A stretch of 40,262 nucleotides of DNA from a virus (lineage: Duplodnaviria > Heunggongvirae > Uroviricota > Caudoviricetes), in the IMG/VR virus record IMGVR_UViG_3300026289_000086; one strand, given 5' to 3'. Position 1 is the first letter of the stretch. Each line of letters begins with the position of its first letter. This document shows positions 7,501 through 16,565 of this stretch, piece after piece. A program made the position numbers and the translations under genes. A model generated the notes under the pieces. That model saw nothing but the letters and a program-made list of their open reading frames with translations, searched no databases and had not been told where the DNA came from.

Positions 7501-8826
7501 AGGGTCACCCTCGAAGATGACCATCTCGGGAAATGCCCGGATGACGCGTGTACGCACTCTTGCGTCCAACGCCGAGAGCCAGCACAAGACGGGTCGACGG
7601 GACGGCAGGAGGATTTCCTCGCTGTAGGGTGTTCCGACGAACAGTGCCCATGCGTCGCCGAAGGGCAAGCCCACATCCAGCCGTCGCTTCACCCACCATG
7701 CTGCCAGGTATTCCCGAAGGGCACGGTGGTGGAACTGGACCCTCCCGTAGGTCCCTTCGTCGAAGATCGCGGAACCCAGTAACCGCTGATACTCGTCGGG
7801 CTTCCAGTCGGGCAGAGGGTCGCCAAGAGTGATCACTCCGGGTGGAGCAACTCCAATCTCGACTTGGAAATAGGCATTGCCCGACAGAACGCTTGCGGCG
7901 GCCAATGCCTCTACCCCGGAACGTAGTTGGTCGGGAGATAGCGCAACGCCGGCGTCGACGTAACCGGGGTTCTTCTCCCGTAGCCGGTTGGTGACGGCAT
8001 CCTCCAGCAACTCCATGAAGGTACCCAGCTCCCCGGCGCTGTTCCAGCGTGAAGCCATCCATTCCAGGTCCAGCGGTCGACTTGCGAGGAACTCATAGGC
8101 TCCATCCTCCACTGCTTCCCAGAACTCGCTGATTGCCTGTACGCCATAGTGCCCTGCGAGCTGTTTGGCTGCATCGACAGATAAACCGTCGAGGTAGTAA
8201 GCGACAAGAGGTACTGCAACGGCTTTGCCGGATGCCGCGTCCTGTGGCACGACGTCAGTAGAATCGTCAGTTCGGTTCGACAGCGGTACCGGGACCGTCA
8301 GGACAAGCTCCTGCTCAATTAAGTGCCGCACCTGGCTGAGGTTCCAGTCACTGACTCTGCTCGACACGAACAGCGACGCACGTTCAGTCTGGCCGACAAG
8401 CACGCGCTTCATACAGGCCAGCGCCCGCCGCAGAGCAGTCGGCCCGGTCAGCCGAGCTTCGTCGACCGCATCGAGGAAGAAGTACCCTTCGTCCGTGCTG
8501 CTCTTCCAGTGTTCGAACAGGCTTGCGTCCTCACCGAGGGCGATCACCCAATCATCTGGGTGTACAAGAAGGTTCAGCGGAATAAAGAAGGCCGCCTTGT
8601 TGGCCGACCGGAGTCGCCGTACCTGAGCATGGAACTCGTATGTCTTGCCAATCCCAGCTTCGCCGACAACGACCACCAGCCGCTTCCCGATGAGATCGTT
8701 CCAACTGACTCCGTATCCATCGTTGTGTCGGAACCAGAATTCAATGTCTGGCTCGCCCGAATCCGCTTCTTTGAAAGGCGAAAAAGTGCGGTTGACTTCA
8801 ACTGGAAGGGTAGGCACGTCAATCAA
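4534..8826 (-). CDS. NACHT/STAND-type ATPase, 1430 aa, with long helical middle and C-terminal PD-(D/E)xK nuclease-like domain; candidate antiphage protein
   Basis: Walker A GEAGIGKT, Walker B FFLDAVDE, sensor VSSR, winged-helix FHHRALREYLAAW; C-terminal EKQLQLWLAARL…RE…KRTDI…CIEIK; TTG start with GGGAG upstream. Confidence 0.85.
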   Translation of the reverse strand: MIDVPTLPVEVNRTFSPFKEADSGEPDIEFWFRHNDGYGVSWNDLIGKRLVVVVGEAGIGKTYEFHAQVRRLRSANKAAFFIPLNLLVHPDDWVIALGEDASLFEHWKSSTDEGYFFLDAVDEARLTGPTALRRALACMKRVLVGQTERASLFVSSRVSDWNLSQVRHLIEQELVLTVPVPLSNRTDDSTDVVPQDAASGKAVAVPLVAYYLDGLSVDAAKQLAGHYGVQAISEFWEAVEDGAYEFLASRPLDLEWMASRWNSAGELGTFMELLEDAVTNRLREKNPGYVDAGVALSPDQLRSGVEALAAASVLSGNAYFQVEIGVAPPGVITLGDPLPDWKPDEYQRLLGSAIFDEGTYGRVQFHHRALREYLAAWWVKRRLDVGLPFGDAWALFVGTPYSEEILLPSRRPVLCWLSALDARVRTRVIRAFPEMVIFEGDPQQWSVDDVVGAFAGYLDRVKSGFRADWNNDPSEFRRVAKTIPPAQLSTWIEAYRGDLEVLVKLLTVIKHGRVTVCADQVFAMYRDRQNVAQLLGPSLDTLSTIATSDHRAEITEDLLAGRLAGNERIAAGIRAVGLAHFTSDHLLNTLAQTRSENRYGGGAMASMVTSDLLPKATLQEATLLLAAVLTRLPELDAHALACRSETEDNRDGWMLSVLPDVLLKCLNLSPSCDTDSIALMKCAALATEKLRHTPYANEQDFQDLRAAVARFPELRQEVALGIALSEMPRGISILITGTSGLVRLDQADLDWLVKAANEASADHTERNIWYRIAADIALMFLRGRARNKVLNELASGPDTELRRNENHRARLERVQVVRTRRGWTHQNLAQERVTSAREVSESESNKAALLKKISGIQDGSDYNLIVWLVRHAVASDQTNRYTKVSVNAIHREFGPEIGTAFDEGLAQAWRHIDVPDSTAYLDNSVPWLGIVGLASANHAFRTGLRTTELTKEELARVVRFCVWEPRSLEPWFTELAQNRLDQVCSALAPWFDFELALSTEAPVRRVINMVLAGPVSLQEAILPRVVKAIREGAIPNEERRRTLVLAIADALPTGRDFMGEVAANALEVGFTASPQRFEAGWFRDWASIDFAGAWNGLMEHRDKGRFAKDELVEQVSAVLDGNSQFWNQQAGDERKASALAALFGLADEYLRDLEKRTTAQPDADRLSPRRKVLELWNRIPDMLSTCGGPRAYEALMSLAKGCGEPMHAARIRSQAYQQAAREAEDATRISAAALPSIGEPYIREARTEGELFLQVMARLVEIADGIEKGPFSERGLFPAGVVEKQLQLWLAARLEDTPRRSFTARFVVTREPTVDADKRTDIEVSSKVGKVCIEIKPLDKNRRSYSAQSLAEDTLGRQLLEQYLRGRNSQHGILVIFRLDSKRWQIPRRKGNRPFGELVDYLREQARNVLANDSQILGLEVLPIDCTAPS

Positions 8827-9294
8827 GAAGACATCTCCCTGGATCAGCGACCGGTCGGGCTTTCGGGTCTTGGCGCGTTTGCCCTGGGTTCTTGAGTTTG
8901 ATGTTTCGGACTCCCGGCAGGCGACTTCTCACTATTACTTCTTCTACCGCCGCCCGCGGTTGAGGCCATATGGCACAGAATTTCGAGGCAGGATTTCTCG
9001 CATATCGTGTAGCGGACACGATCGTCCGCCGGTAGGAAAACTTCCTACCCTGAACCAACGAGAGGTGAGGCCTATGGTGATTGTAAGCGACGACTATGGC
9101 GGCACCACGCCTTTCTTTGAGGTAGACCACCGAAGCATCATCGACCCATCCCCGATTCAACTTTCTCCCGCGATCACTACACTGAAAACCGTGCCATCTG
9201 ATCCTTCAACGTCACCTCCGCTTCCGGCCGTTATGCAAACGCTTCCACTCCGCCGACGCAGGGCAAAACGAGCCCTGACGGTAGAATGCAGACC

Positions 9295-9606
9295 ATGACC
9301 CGCGCTGATCTGATCGCTACCATCGCCTCCCGCTTTCCGACGCTGACGGTAAAGGATACCGACATCGCCGTAAAGGAAATCCTTGACGCCATCGTGCGCG
9401 CCCTTGCGCAAGGAGATCGCGTTGAAATCCGGGGGTTCGGCAGCTTCCGTCTGAACTACCATCCAGCGAGGAACAGCCGCAATCCAAGAACCGGGGTAGC
9501 GGTTCCGGTACCCGCGAAATATGTACCCCACTTCACGGCTGGCAAGGAGCTGCGCAAACGCGTCCAGGCGTCAGTCAAGAACGCACCACTTCAGCAGGCT
9601 GCCTGA
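9295..9606 (+). CDS. ihfB: Integration host factor beta-like protein
   Basis: [14 protein letters not shown]…RNPRTG…[13 protein letters not shown]; alternative ATG at 9286. Confidence 0.9.
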   Translation: MTRADLIATIASRFPTLTVKDTDIAVKEILDAIVRALAQGDRVEIRGFGSFRLNYHPARNSRNPRTGVAVPVPAKYVPHFTAGKELRKRVQASVKNAPLQQAA

Positions 9607-9618
9607 CGACGCCCCTCC

Positions 9619-11795
9619 ATGTCTGACGCCGCCACACTCGACCGCCTCGCCGGCCTCGTAGAACGCGTCACCTTCCACAACGAGCAGAACGGTTTCTGTG
9701 TTCTACGCCTGAAAGTGAAGGGTGAGCGAGAACTGATCACCCTCATCGGCCACGCCCCCGTCGTTTCTCCCGGCGAATACGCTTCTGCTTCCGGCAGCTG
9801 GGTCACCGATCGCGAGCATGGCCGGCAATTTCGCGCCGTCTTCGTCAAAATCTCGCCGCCGACCACCTTGACCGGCATTGAGCGCTACCTCGGTTCAGGC
9901 ATGGTCAAGGGCATTGGCCCGGTCTATGCCGGCAAGCTGGTGAAGTCCTTCGGTGCGGCGGTGTTTGACGTCATCGAGCAGTCGCCAGAGCGTCTCCGCG
10001 AAATTCCCGGCATCGGCGAAGTCCGCGCCAGAAGGATCACCTCCGGCTGGGCCGACCAGAAGATCATTCGCAGCATCATGGTCTTCCTGCACGCGCATGG
10101 GGTATCCACTTCCCGAGCGGTGCGCATCTTCAAGACCTATGGCCAGGGCGCCATCGAGATCGTCACCGAAAACCCCTACCGCCTGGCCCAGGACATTCGC
10201 GGCATCGGCTTTCTCTCCGCGGACACGATTGCCCAGAAGATCGGCATCGCCAAGGATTCTCCCCTGCGCGCCCAGGCCGGCATCTCTTACGCGCTGACCG
10301 AAGCATCAGGCCAGGGCCACTGCGGTTTGCCCTATGCAGAACTGGTGCCCTTGGCGGTGAAGCTGCTCGACATTCCGGAATCATCATCGAGACAGCGATC
10401 GCTCAGGAAATCACCGACGAAGTGCTGTTGCCCGACACCGTCGCAGGCAAACCCTGCGTGTTCCTTGCGCCGCTGTACTACGCCGAGCAGTCGATCGCCG
10501 CCCAGATACAGCGCCTCAAAACGGGCGGGACGACCCTTCCTGACTTCGATGCCGACAAAGCCATCCCTTGGGTCGAGCAGAAGCTCGCCATCCAACTAGC
10601 CGACAGCCAAAAGGAAGCCATCCGTCTCGCACTGTCTTCCAAGCTGCTGGTGATCACCGGCGGACCCGGCGTCGGCAAGACCACCCTGGTGAATTCGATT
10701 CTGACCATCATGACCGTCAAGGGCGTCAAGCCTCTGCTGTGTGCGCCCACCGGACGAGCAGCCAAGCGTCTCTCCGAATCGACAGGACTGGAAGCAAAGA
10801 CGATCCACCGCCTGTTGGAGGTCAATCCGCTCAACGGTCAGTTCAAGCACAACGCGGACAATCCTCTCGAATGCGATCTTCTGGTTGCCGACGAATGCTC
10901 GATGATCGACGTGCCCCTGGCGAACCAGTTGCTCAAGGCGGTGGCCACCAGCACAGCGATGATTCTCGTTGGCGACGTGGATCAACTGCCCTCGGTCGGC
11001 CCCGGACAATTTCTCACCGATCTGATCGACTCAGGAGCGGTTCCCGTCATCCGGCTGACTGAAGTATTCCGCCAGGCGGCGACATCGCGCATCGTTCGCA
11101 GTGCCCACCAGATCAACCGAGGCGTGTTTCCCAGCCAGCCAGAGAAGGGAGAAGCCTCGGACTTCTACCTCGTCGCTGCCGAGGAGCCGGAAGTCATCGC
11201 GCAAACCGTGGTGGATTTGGTGCAGACGCGGCTGCCGCGGAAGTTCAAGGTCGATCCGATTCGCGACATTCAGGTGCTGTGCCCGATGAACCGGGGCATC
11301 ACCGGCGCCCGCGGTATCAACCAGGCTTTGCAGGCGGTGCTCAACCCGCCCGGCGAGCACAGTGTTGATAAGTTCGGCAACCGCTTCAGCGTGGGCGACA
11401 AGGTGATGCAGATCGAGAACAACTACGACCGGGATGTCTTCAACGGCGATATCGGTTTCGTCACCGGCATTGATCAGGAGGAAGAGGAACTCGCCGTGGC
11501 CTTCGATGGCCGGGTGGTGACTTATCCGTTTGGCGAACTCGACGAACTGGTGCTCTGCTACGCAACGACGATCCACAAGTCGCAGGGTTCTGAGTACCCG
11601 GTGGTGGTCATTCCGATCTCGACCCAGCACTACATGATGTTGAAGCGCAACCTCATCTACACGGGCATCACGCGTGGCAAGAGGCTGGTGGTGCTGGTTG
11701 GCCAGAAGAGAGCGCTGGCCATGGCGGTCAAGGGCAAGCAGGTGGAACGGCGCTGGTCAAAACTGAAAGAACGTCTGGTGGCGAGAGAGCGGTAG
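9619..11795 (+). pseudogene. recD2: RecD2 (RecD/TraA-family SF1B helicase) split by a 1-bp deletion at ~10381-10382 (true pseudogene or sequencing error)
   Basis: N-half (…GSGMVKGIGP…ENPYRL…GIGF) runs …LLDIPE; frame then shifts to IIETAIAQEITDEVLLPD…, which continues into TGGPGVGKT, LVADECSM, GDVDQLPSVG, TIHKSQGSE; restored length ~725 aa. Confidence 0.85.
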
Positions 11796-12038
11796 CCGCG
11801 TGGTCACTTTTCATCGGGGCACAACTGATGCAGGGCCGTCGCTACTGTGGGCTATGCCGCCTTCCGACCCAAACCCGTCTGATGACGTCTCCAAGTGCTA
11901 CGGCGGCTTACCAATCCTCAAGCTGCCTTTCGCAGAACTTGAGGTCGGCCTCGTTCTTGGCCACAGCTGTCATTGGCTAACCTCACACATTTCGTCAGGA
12001 ATGTGGCCGGATGCCGACCTTGGCCGATACGACGTTTC

Positions 12039-14291
12039 TCAGCCTCTATCAAATAGTTCTTCGATTTCATCGACAGCGTGCATTCTTGGGCCGTCTGCCT
12101 CCCCGTCATCGCCATCGTAAGAGTTCTCAAAATAGCTATTCAACCCATCAGCAACGTCATAGTAATCGACAACACGGGCAATGTCGCTGTCAGAGACATC
12201 TATTCCGAAATCAACGAGTTTTTGTTCAACTAGTTTCGTCAATTCGTTGTTAGCGGCTTGAACGTCGCCGTACTCAACTCTGGAAAAAGCAAAGTCCACA
12301 TCTATGAAATCTGAAAAGCAGTCCGAAACCAAATCTAGAACGTGTTCCTTTGCGACCTGTGCGTTCTGGTCATACCCTGGTGTCTCGTCAGGAATCGCCA
12401 ACAAAAGCGATGTCATAGCTTTGATTTCTGTCGCAGATTCAGCTTGTTCAATGTTGGCCGAAACAAAGCTCATAGCCTGCACGGGTGTCACAATGAGTTG
12501 GTCTAATCCCCACTCAATGACTTCAAAAGAGTCATCAGTGGCCTCGCCCATGCCTTCGTTGAGAATGAAAATGACAGCTGCTCGCAACGCTGAGTACGAT
12601 GAGCTCTTTAAGCCATCACATCTTTTATAGACATTAAAGAGCGCCGAGATATAAGCGACGCTTACTGCCTCAAACCTAACGACGGCGAAATGTTCAAACA
12701 ATGCCTCGCAAATGGCCTTTGCATTTGCGCTAGACAGCAAATCATCACCTTGAAGGCTTACCAGCGTTATCGTTGATCGGAGAGTTCTAAGGCTCTGGAA
12801 ACCAAGACGCAATGCAACCAGATCTCCTGCATATCGCCTCAATACGTAATCAGCAATGGATGGATTGAAAAGGTCAATTGTCGATGGTCCATGCGAAGAA
12901 ATCGCCCTATTGAGAAATGATCCGGTAAGTAGTCGGATATTGGACTGGAATTCGTGCCGGCCATGAAGATGCTGATTTTCGCGCAATGCGATAAATCGGT
13001 GATATGCCTCAGCGAGGGTGCTTTCATCAATAGCATGCCCATTCAGCACAACCAGAAATATGATTGCGCGTGCGAAGTCATCATGCTGTACGACGAACGG
13101 ATTTTCCCAAACCTGGGATGGATTGGTTAGTGAATGAACGATGTATTTCCAATAGTCGGCTGGTGGATATGCATCTAGTCTCGTAACATCAGTAACCAAA
13201 CTGATCAAACGTGGATTGAAATTCTTATGCCCAATGATTTGGCGGTACCGCCGATCGAAATAGAGTTCCTCAACGTACTCGTTATCAAGGCCTGAATGCC
13301 AAATATGGTTGTAAAGAATCTGCGCTTTATCTAGTTTAGTAAGTGACTGAATCTTTATTTCATATTCGTTTCGATGAATATTGCTGTGCTCAAGGCTGTC
13401 AATTAGGAACTTGCCTTGGTTCAATATCGTACTTCTTGAGGTAAGTACGAATCGCTTATTCTTGTTAGCTGCTACCCGTCGAATGAACTGCGTAATGTGA
13501 CTACCTTCGTGTCCTCTAAGGGCGTCCAGATAATTGCGCCCTAAAAAATCATCAAAGTAAATGACCTGTTTATTTTCTGGATCAAATGCTGACTCCGCTT
13601 CTCGAATGTCGTCGGCAACTTTTAGATAGACGAAATCTTGGACGACGTAATGTAGGCATAGGTGGTCCGCCAGTGTTGTTTTTCCAACTCCGGGTTCGCC
13701 TGTAATTATGACTACCCCTAGCTTGGCTAATATATTCAGCGCTGCCTGGTGGTTTGCGGTTACAACATAGCGCGATGACGAACGTATTATTTCTTGAAGC
13801 GAAAAAGCGCTTCGACCAACAATAGCGCTGTTAAAGATGTGCCTAAGAACGCTGGAGCTATGAAGCCAAAGCTTGTAGTGCTTTTGTTCAATGTGAGGCT
13901 TACCTTTGAGTAAGTCGTTTAGGTCCTCTTTTCCATAAATGTCGCTTTCTGAAGCGATATGTGGGGTAAGAGCACGGTAGATCGTCTTCTTGTCTGCGCG
14001 TGAAAGCGAGTTAGAAACTGCAAGTAAATATCGATTAGGCTTCAATTTATCGAGCTTTGGCTTCTCCTTGGTTTCTAGCGCGGAGACGAGTTGCCTCAAC
14101 GGCGTGTTACACCAATGTTTGCACTGCAGGATCACCTCTTTGCCTTCACTGGCAAAAAACCGGCCATCAACGCCAGCGTCCCTACCTACCTTAAACCGTT
14201 CAATCCGAGTGCCTTCCACCTCGCCTATAAGATCGGCACATAGGATTTCAAACTCCTTGTCATTTAGCGGCTTGAAGTCATAGTCAGACAT
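12039..14291 (-). CDS. Mrr-like restriction endonuclease fused to a STAND (nSTAND3-like) NTPase, 750 aa; candidate antiphage protein
   Basis: N-terminal EFEILCADL…GRDAGVDG…LQCKHW; GEPGVGKTT; YFDDFLG; FVLTSR; NFNPRLI; visibly more AT-rich than its flanks. Confidence 0.85.
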   Translation of the reverse strand: MSDYDFKPLNDKEFEILCADLIGEVEGTRIERFKVGRDAGVDGRFFASEGKEVILQCKHWCNTPLRQLVSALETKEKPKLDKLKPNRYLLAVSNSLSRADKKTIYRALTPHIASESDIYGKEDLNDLLKGKPHIEQKHYKLWLHSSSVLRHIFNSAIVGRSAFSLQEIIRSSSRYVVTANHQAALNILAKLGVVIITGEPGVGKTTLADHLCLHYVVQDFVYLKVADDIREAESAFDPENKQVIYFDDFLGRNYLDALRGHEGSHITQFIRRVAANKNKRFVLTSRSTILNQGKFLIDSLEHSNIHRNEYEIKIQSLTKLDKAQILYNHIWHSGLDNEYVEELYFDRRYRQIIGHKNFNPRLISLVTDVTRLDAYPPADYWKYIVHSLTNPSQVWENPFVVQHDDFARAIIFLVVLNGHAIDESTLAEAYHRFIALRENQHLHGRHEFQSNIRLLTGSFLNRAISSHGPSTIDLFNPSIADYVLRRYAGDLVALRLGFQSLRTLRSTITLVSLQGDDLLSSANAKAICEALFEHFAVVRFEAVSVAYISALFNVYKRCDGLKSSSYSALRAAVIFILNEGMGEATDDSFEVIEWGLDQLIVTPVQAMSFVSANIEQAESATEIKAMTSLLLAIPDETPGYDQNAQVAKEHVLDLVSDCFSDFIDVDFAFSRVEYGDVQAANNELTKLVEQKLVDFGIDVSDSDIARVVDYYDVADGLNSYFENSYDGDDGEADGPRMHAVDEIEELFDRG

Positions 14292-14420
14292 GGCTCTCCT
14301 GAACTCTCTACGAAGGCATTGTTAGGCTGGCAGTAGGTTGAAACAGTATGCAAGATGAGAGTGTATTTCTTTTGGCGCCAAACGCCCAGAACGCTGACGG
14401 TCAATTTATGGGTTCAAACG

Positions 14421-14598
14421 AACGTCTGCAACTTGTCGTTTTGCAGTCTGATTTCGCGTAATCAGCAACAGCCGCTTTGGCCGACCAAGAGTCTGACGGC
14501 GCGCGCGGACGACAGTCTGCTTTGGTAGGACTTAGCCGCCGTTCGATGCGGTCATTTTTCGACCGTCGCTATGGCCGCTCCTGGCCGCAAGCGGCCCG
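14421..14598. repeat. Cluster of four related ~28-34 bp imperfect palindromes
   Basis: AACGTCTGCAACTTGTCGTTTTGCAGTC 14421-14448; AACAGCCGCTTTGGCCGACCAAGAGTC 14467-14493; ACAGTCTGCTTTGGTAGGACTTAGCCGCCGTTCG 14512-14545; ATGGCCGCTCCTGGCCGCAAGCGGCCCG 14571-14598. Confidence 0.45.
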
Positions 14599-14836
14599 AC
14601 GTCGATCGCGTTACGTGCTCAACGGCCGTCGTTCTGTCAGCCAAAATACTGCCTGTATTCAAACCGATCGCCGCAAGCTTTCAGCCGGCCGAAAACAACG
14701 TCATCTCGATGCGTTTCAAGCCGCTGCCCGAGGTTTCCGCCAGCTTGACCACATTTGGATCGTCGGATCGGCGCTCTCCCGTCCGTTCGCACAACGACGC
14801 CATTTGCCAGCACAACCGGGGACCCGGGTCGCGGTC

Positions 14837-15499
14837 TTACCACGGCAGGATTTCGCCATTCTGGTGGAGGAATCGTCCGGTGGTCTCGAGTTTGAGCTGG
14901 TCGATGCGCTGCAAGAGCCCGCGAACAGACTCGTCCGTCTCGATCATACCCTGGCCGCCGGTCATCTCGGTGCGCACGGCGCCCGGATGCAGGATGACGA
15001 CGGCGACCCCTCGCGGTTTGAGGTCGTGGGCTAGAGAGACACCGGCAGCATTGAGCGCCGCCTTGCTCATACGATAGCCGTAGTAGCGCCCGGAGCTGTT
15101 GTCGGCGATGGAGCCCATGCGACTGGTAATGAGCGCGACCTTCGAGCCTGGATGAAGACGCGAGGCGAGTGCCCGCGTGAGAAAGAGCGGCGCGATGGCG
15201 TTGAGTTCGAACTGCGCGCGCACCGCGTCAAGATCAACATCTTCGAGTGAGTCGGCAATGAGCAGGCCGGCGTTCTGGACCAGGAGGTCAATGTCGTCGT
15301 GTGCGAGGCATTCGGCGAGCTTCGACCAAGCTGCAGGCTCAGTGACGTCGATATCGCATTCGACACGCACTCCGAGCGCGTCGAGCTCCGGCGAGCTCTT
15401 GCGACACACTGCAACCACGATCGCTCCGCGTGCTTTGAGCTGCCGTGCGAGTTCGAGACCGATCCCACGATTTGCACCTGTGACGACTGAAACACCCAT
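14837..15499 (-). CDS. Short-chain dehydrogenase/reductase (CsgA/C-factor-like)
   Basis: TGANRGIG Rossmann motif, QNAG, SRMGS, YGYRMSK (YxxxK), HPGAVRTEM; AGGAG RBS. Confidence 0.9.
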   Translation of the reverse strand: MGVSVVTGANRGIGLELARQLKARGAIVVAVCRKSSPELDALGVRVECDIDVTEPAAWSKLAECLAHDDIDLLVQNAGLLIADSLEDVDLDAVRAQFELNAIAPLFLTRALASRLHPGSKVALITSRMGSIADNSSGRYYGYRMSKAALNAAGVSLAHDLKPRGVAVVILHPGAVRTEMTGGQGMIETDESVRGLLQRIDQLKLETTGRFLHQNGEILPW

Positions 15500-15610
15500 A
15501 CCATTTCTCCTTTTCGATCCGCCTCGAACCCAGCGGGTACGCCGCCCTCGGTTTCAGCCCTTGCCTTTCTTCTCGGCAGGCAAGGATAGGGTCATTAACG
15601 GCGAGCTACG

Positions 15611-16438
15611 CTACGCCACCAACCCCAAACTGTTCTCTCTGCCCTGACCACGCCACGCATCCGACTGCGGACCGCTGGTCCCGAGACGGCGCACGACCTT
15701 GCCAATAAACAACTCCACTTCGGCGGCACCCGGCACGATGAAGGGACCAACGAGACGGTCGTCTGCCACCTCTGTCGTCCCGCCTCCAGAAAGCCGATAA
15801 ACGAACGCCGATAGGTCAGAGCTATTGCGTTTGTGGTTGCCAGGCTGTGTCTCACTCGTGACGAATTCATGCACGAGCATGACGGCGCGGGAGTAACCCT
15901 TTCGCCTTGCCTCAGACACCGCGCCAGCGCAGGCTGTGAGTAGTTGGTAGCGCAGGTCGCCTAGCCGTGGTTCGCCTTTAACGCGCGGACTGAACAAGGA
16001 ACGGGCCAGCTGTTCAACACGGGCGACCCCGTTGGACCGCGGATTCTCAAGGCGGCGTTCGAGTGCATCGGCCAGCGTTTTCGAGACTGTGTCTCCGTAT
16101 GGCTCGTCCGCCTTGGCCTCGACAGCAAGCAGGTAGGGACCGATTGCGTCGGTCACATAGACCGCGAGGTCGCTATTCCTCGGCTCACCGGGAAAGTTGT
16201 CGAAACGTAGCTTTGCTTCTGGCTCAGCTTCCCAAGATAGAACCGCTCCAAACCTGCTGTGGGCTGCCAAGCAACTGGCAACTTCAGGTGGCAAAGCCGT
16301 TCCTCCTCCCACCAGCCAAGCACGGGCAACTTCTTTGGCACTCCTCCCATCAATCCAGTGGTAAGAAGCCTTCGGATTGCCATACGTCTCCCAATCCGTG
16401 AGCGATGCGATGACGTGACCACGTTTTGCGATAGGCAT
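15611..16438 (-). CDS. DUF6946-like PD-(D/E)xK-fold protein
   Basis: HWIDGRSAKEVARAW…RNSDL…VEAKADEPYG…LRYQLL; nuclease-type D…ExK motif. Confidence 0.68.
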   Translation of the reverse strand: MPIAKRGHVIASLTDWETYGNPKASYHWIDGRSAKEVARAWLVGGGTALPPEVASCLAAHSRFGAVLSWEAEPEAKLRFDNFPGEPRNSDLAVYVTDAIGPYLLAVEAKADEPYGDTVSKTLADALERRLENPRSNGVARVEQLARSLFSPRVKGEPRLGDLRYQLLTACAGAVSEARRKGYSRAVMLVHEFVTSETQPGNHKRNSSDLSAFVYRLSGGGTTEVADDRLVGPFIVPGAAEVELFIGKVVRRLGTSGPQSDAWRGQGRENSLGLVA

Positions 16439-16565
16439 GCAGGCGCACCGGTAGTGTGTAATCGGGTTTGTCTGGCGCCCTTAACTGGCCTGGCTGAAGC
16501 GTCGAGGGCGGTGTTGATGACGATTGTAAGCGAGGAGCAGCGCCGCCGGATACCGCACGGCAGAC

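Noticed and set aside
14321-14327. Integron attC core site (GTTAGGC / GCCTAAC) upstream of the Mrr-STAND gene
   Set aside because: No complementary partner box or attC-length hairpin found nearby, wrong position relative to the gene, and no intI in the window
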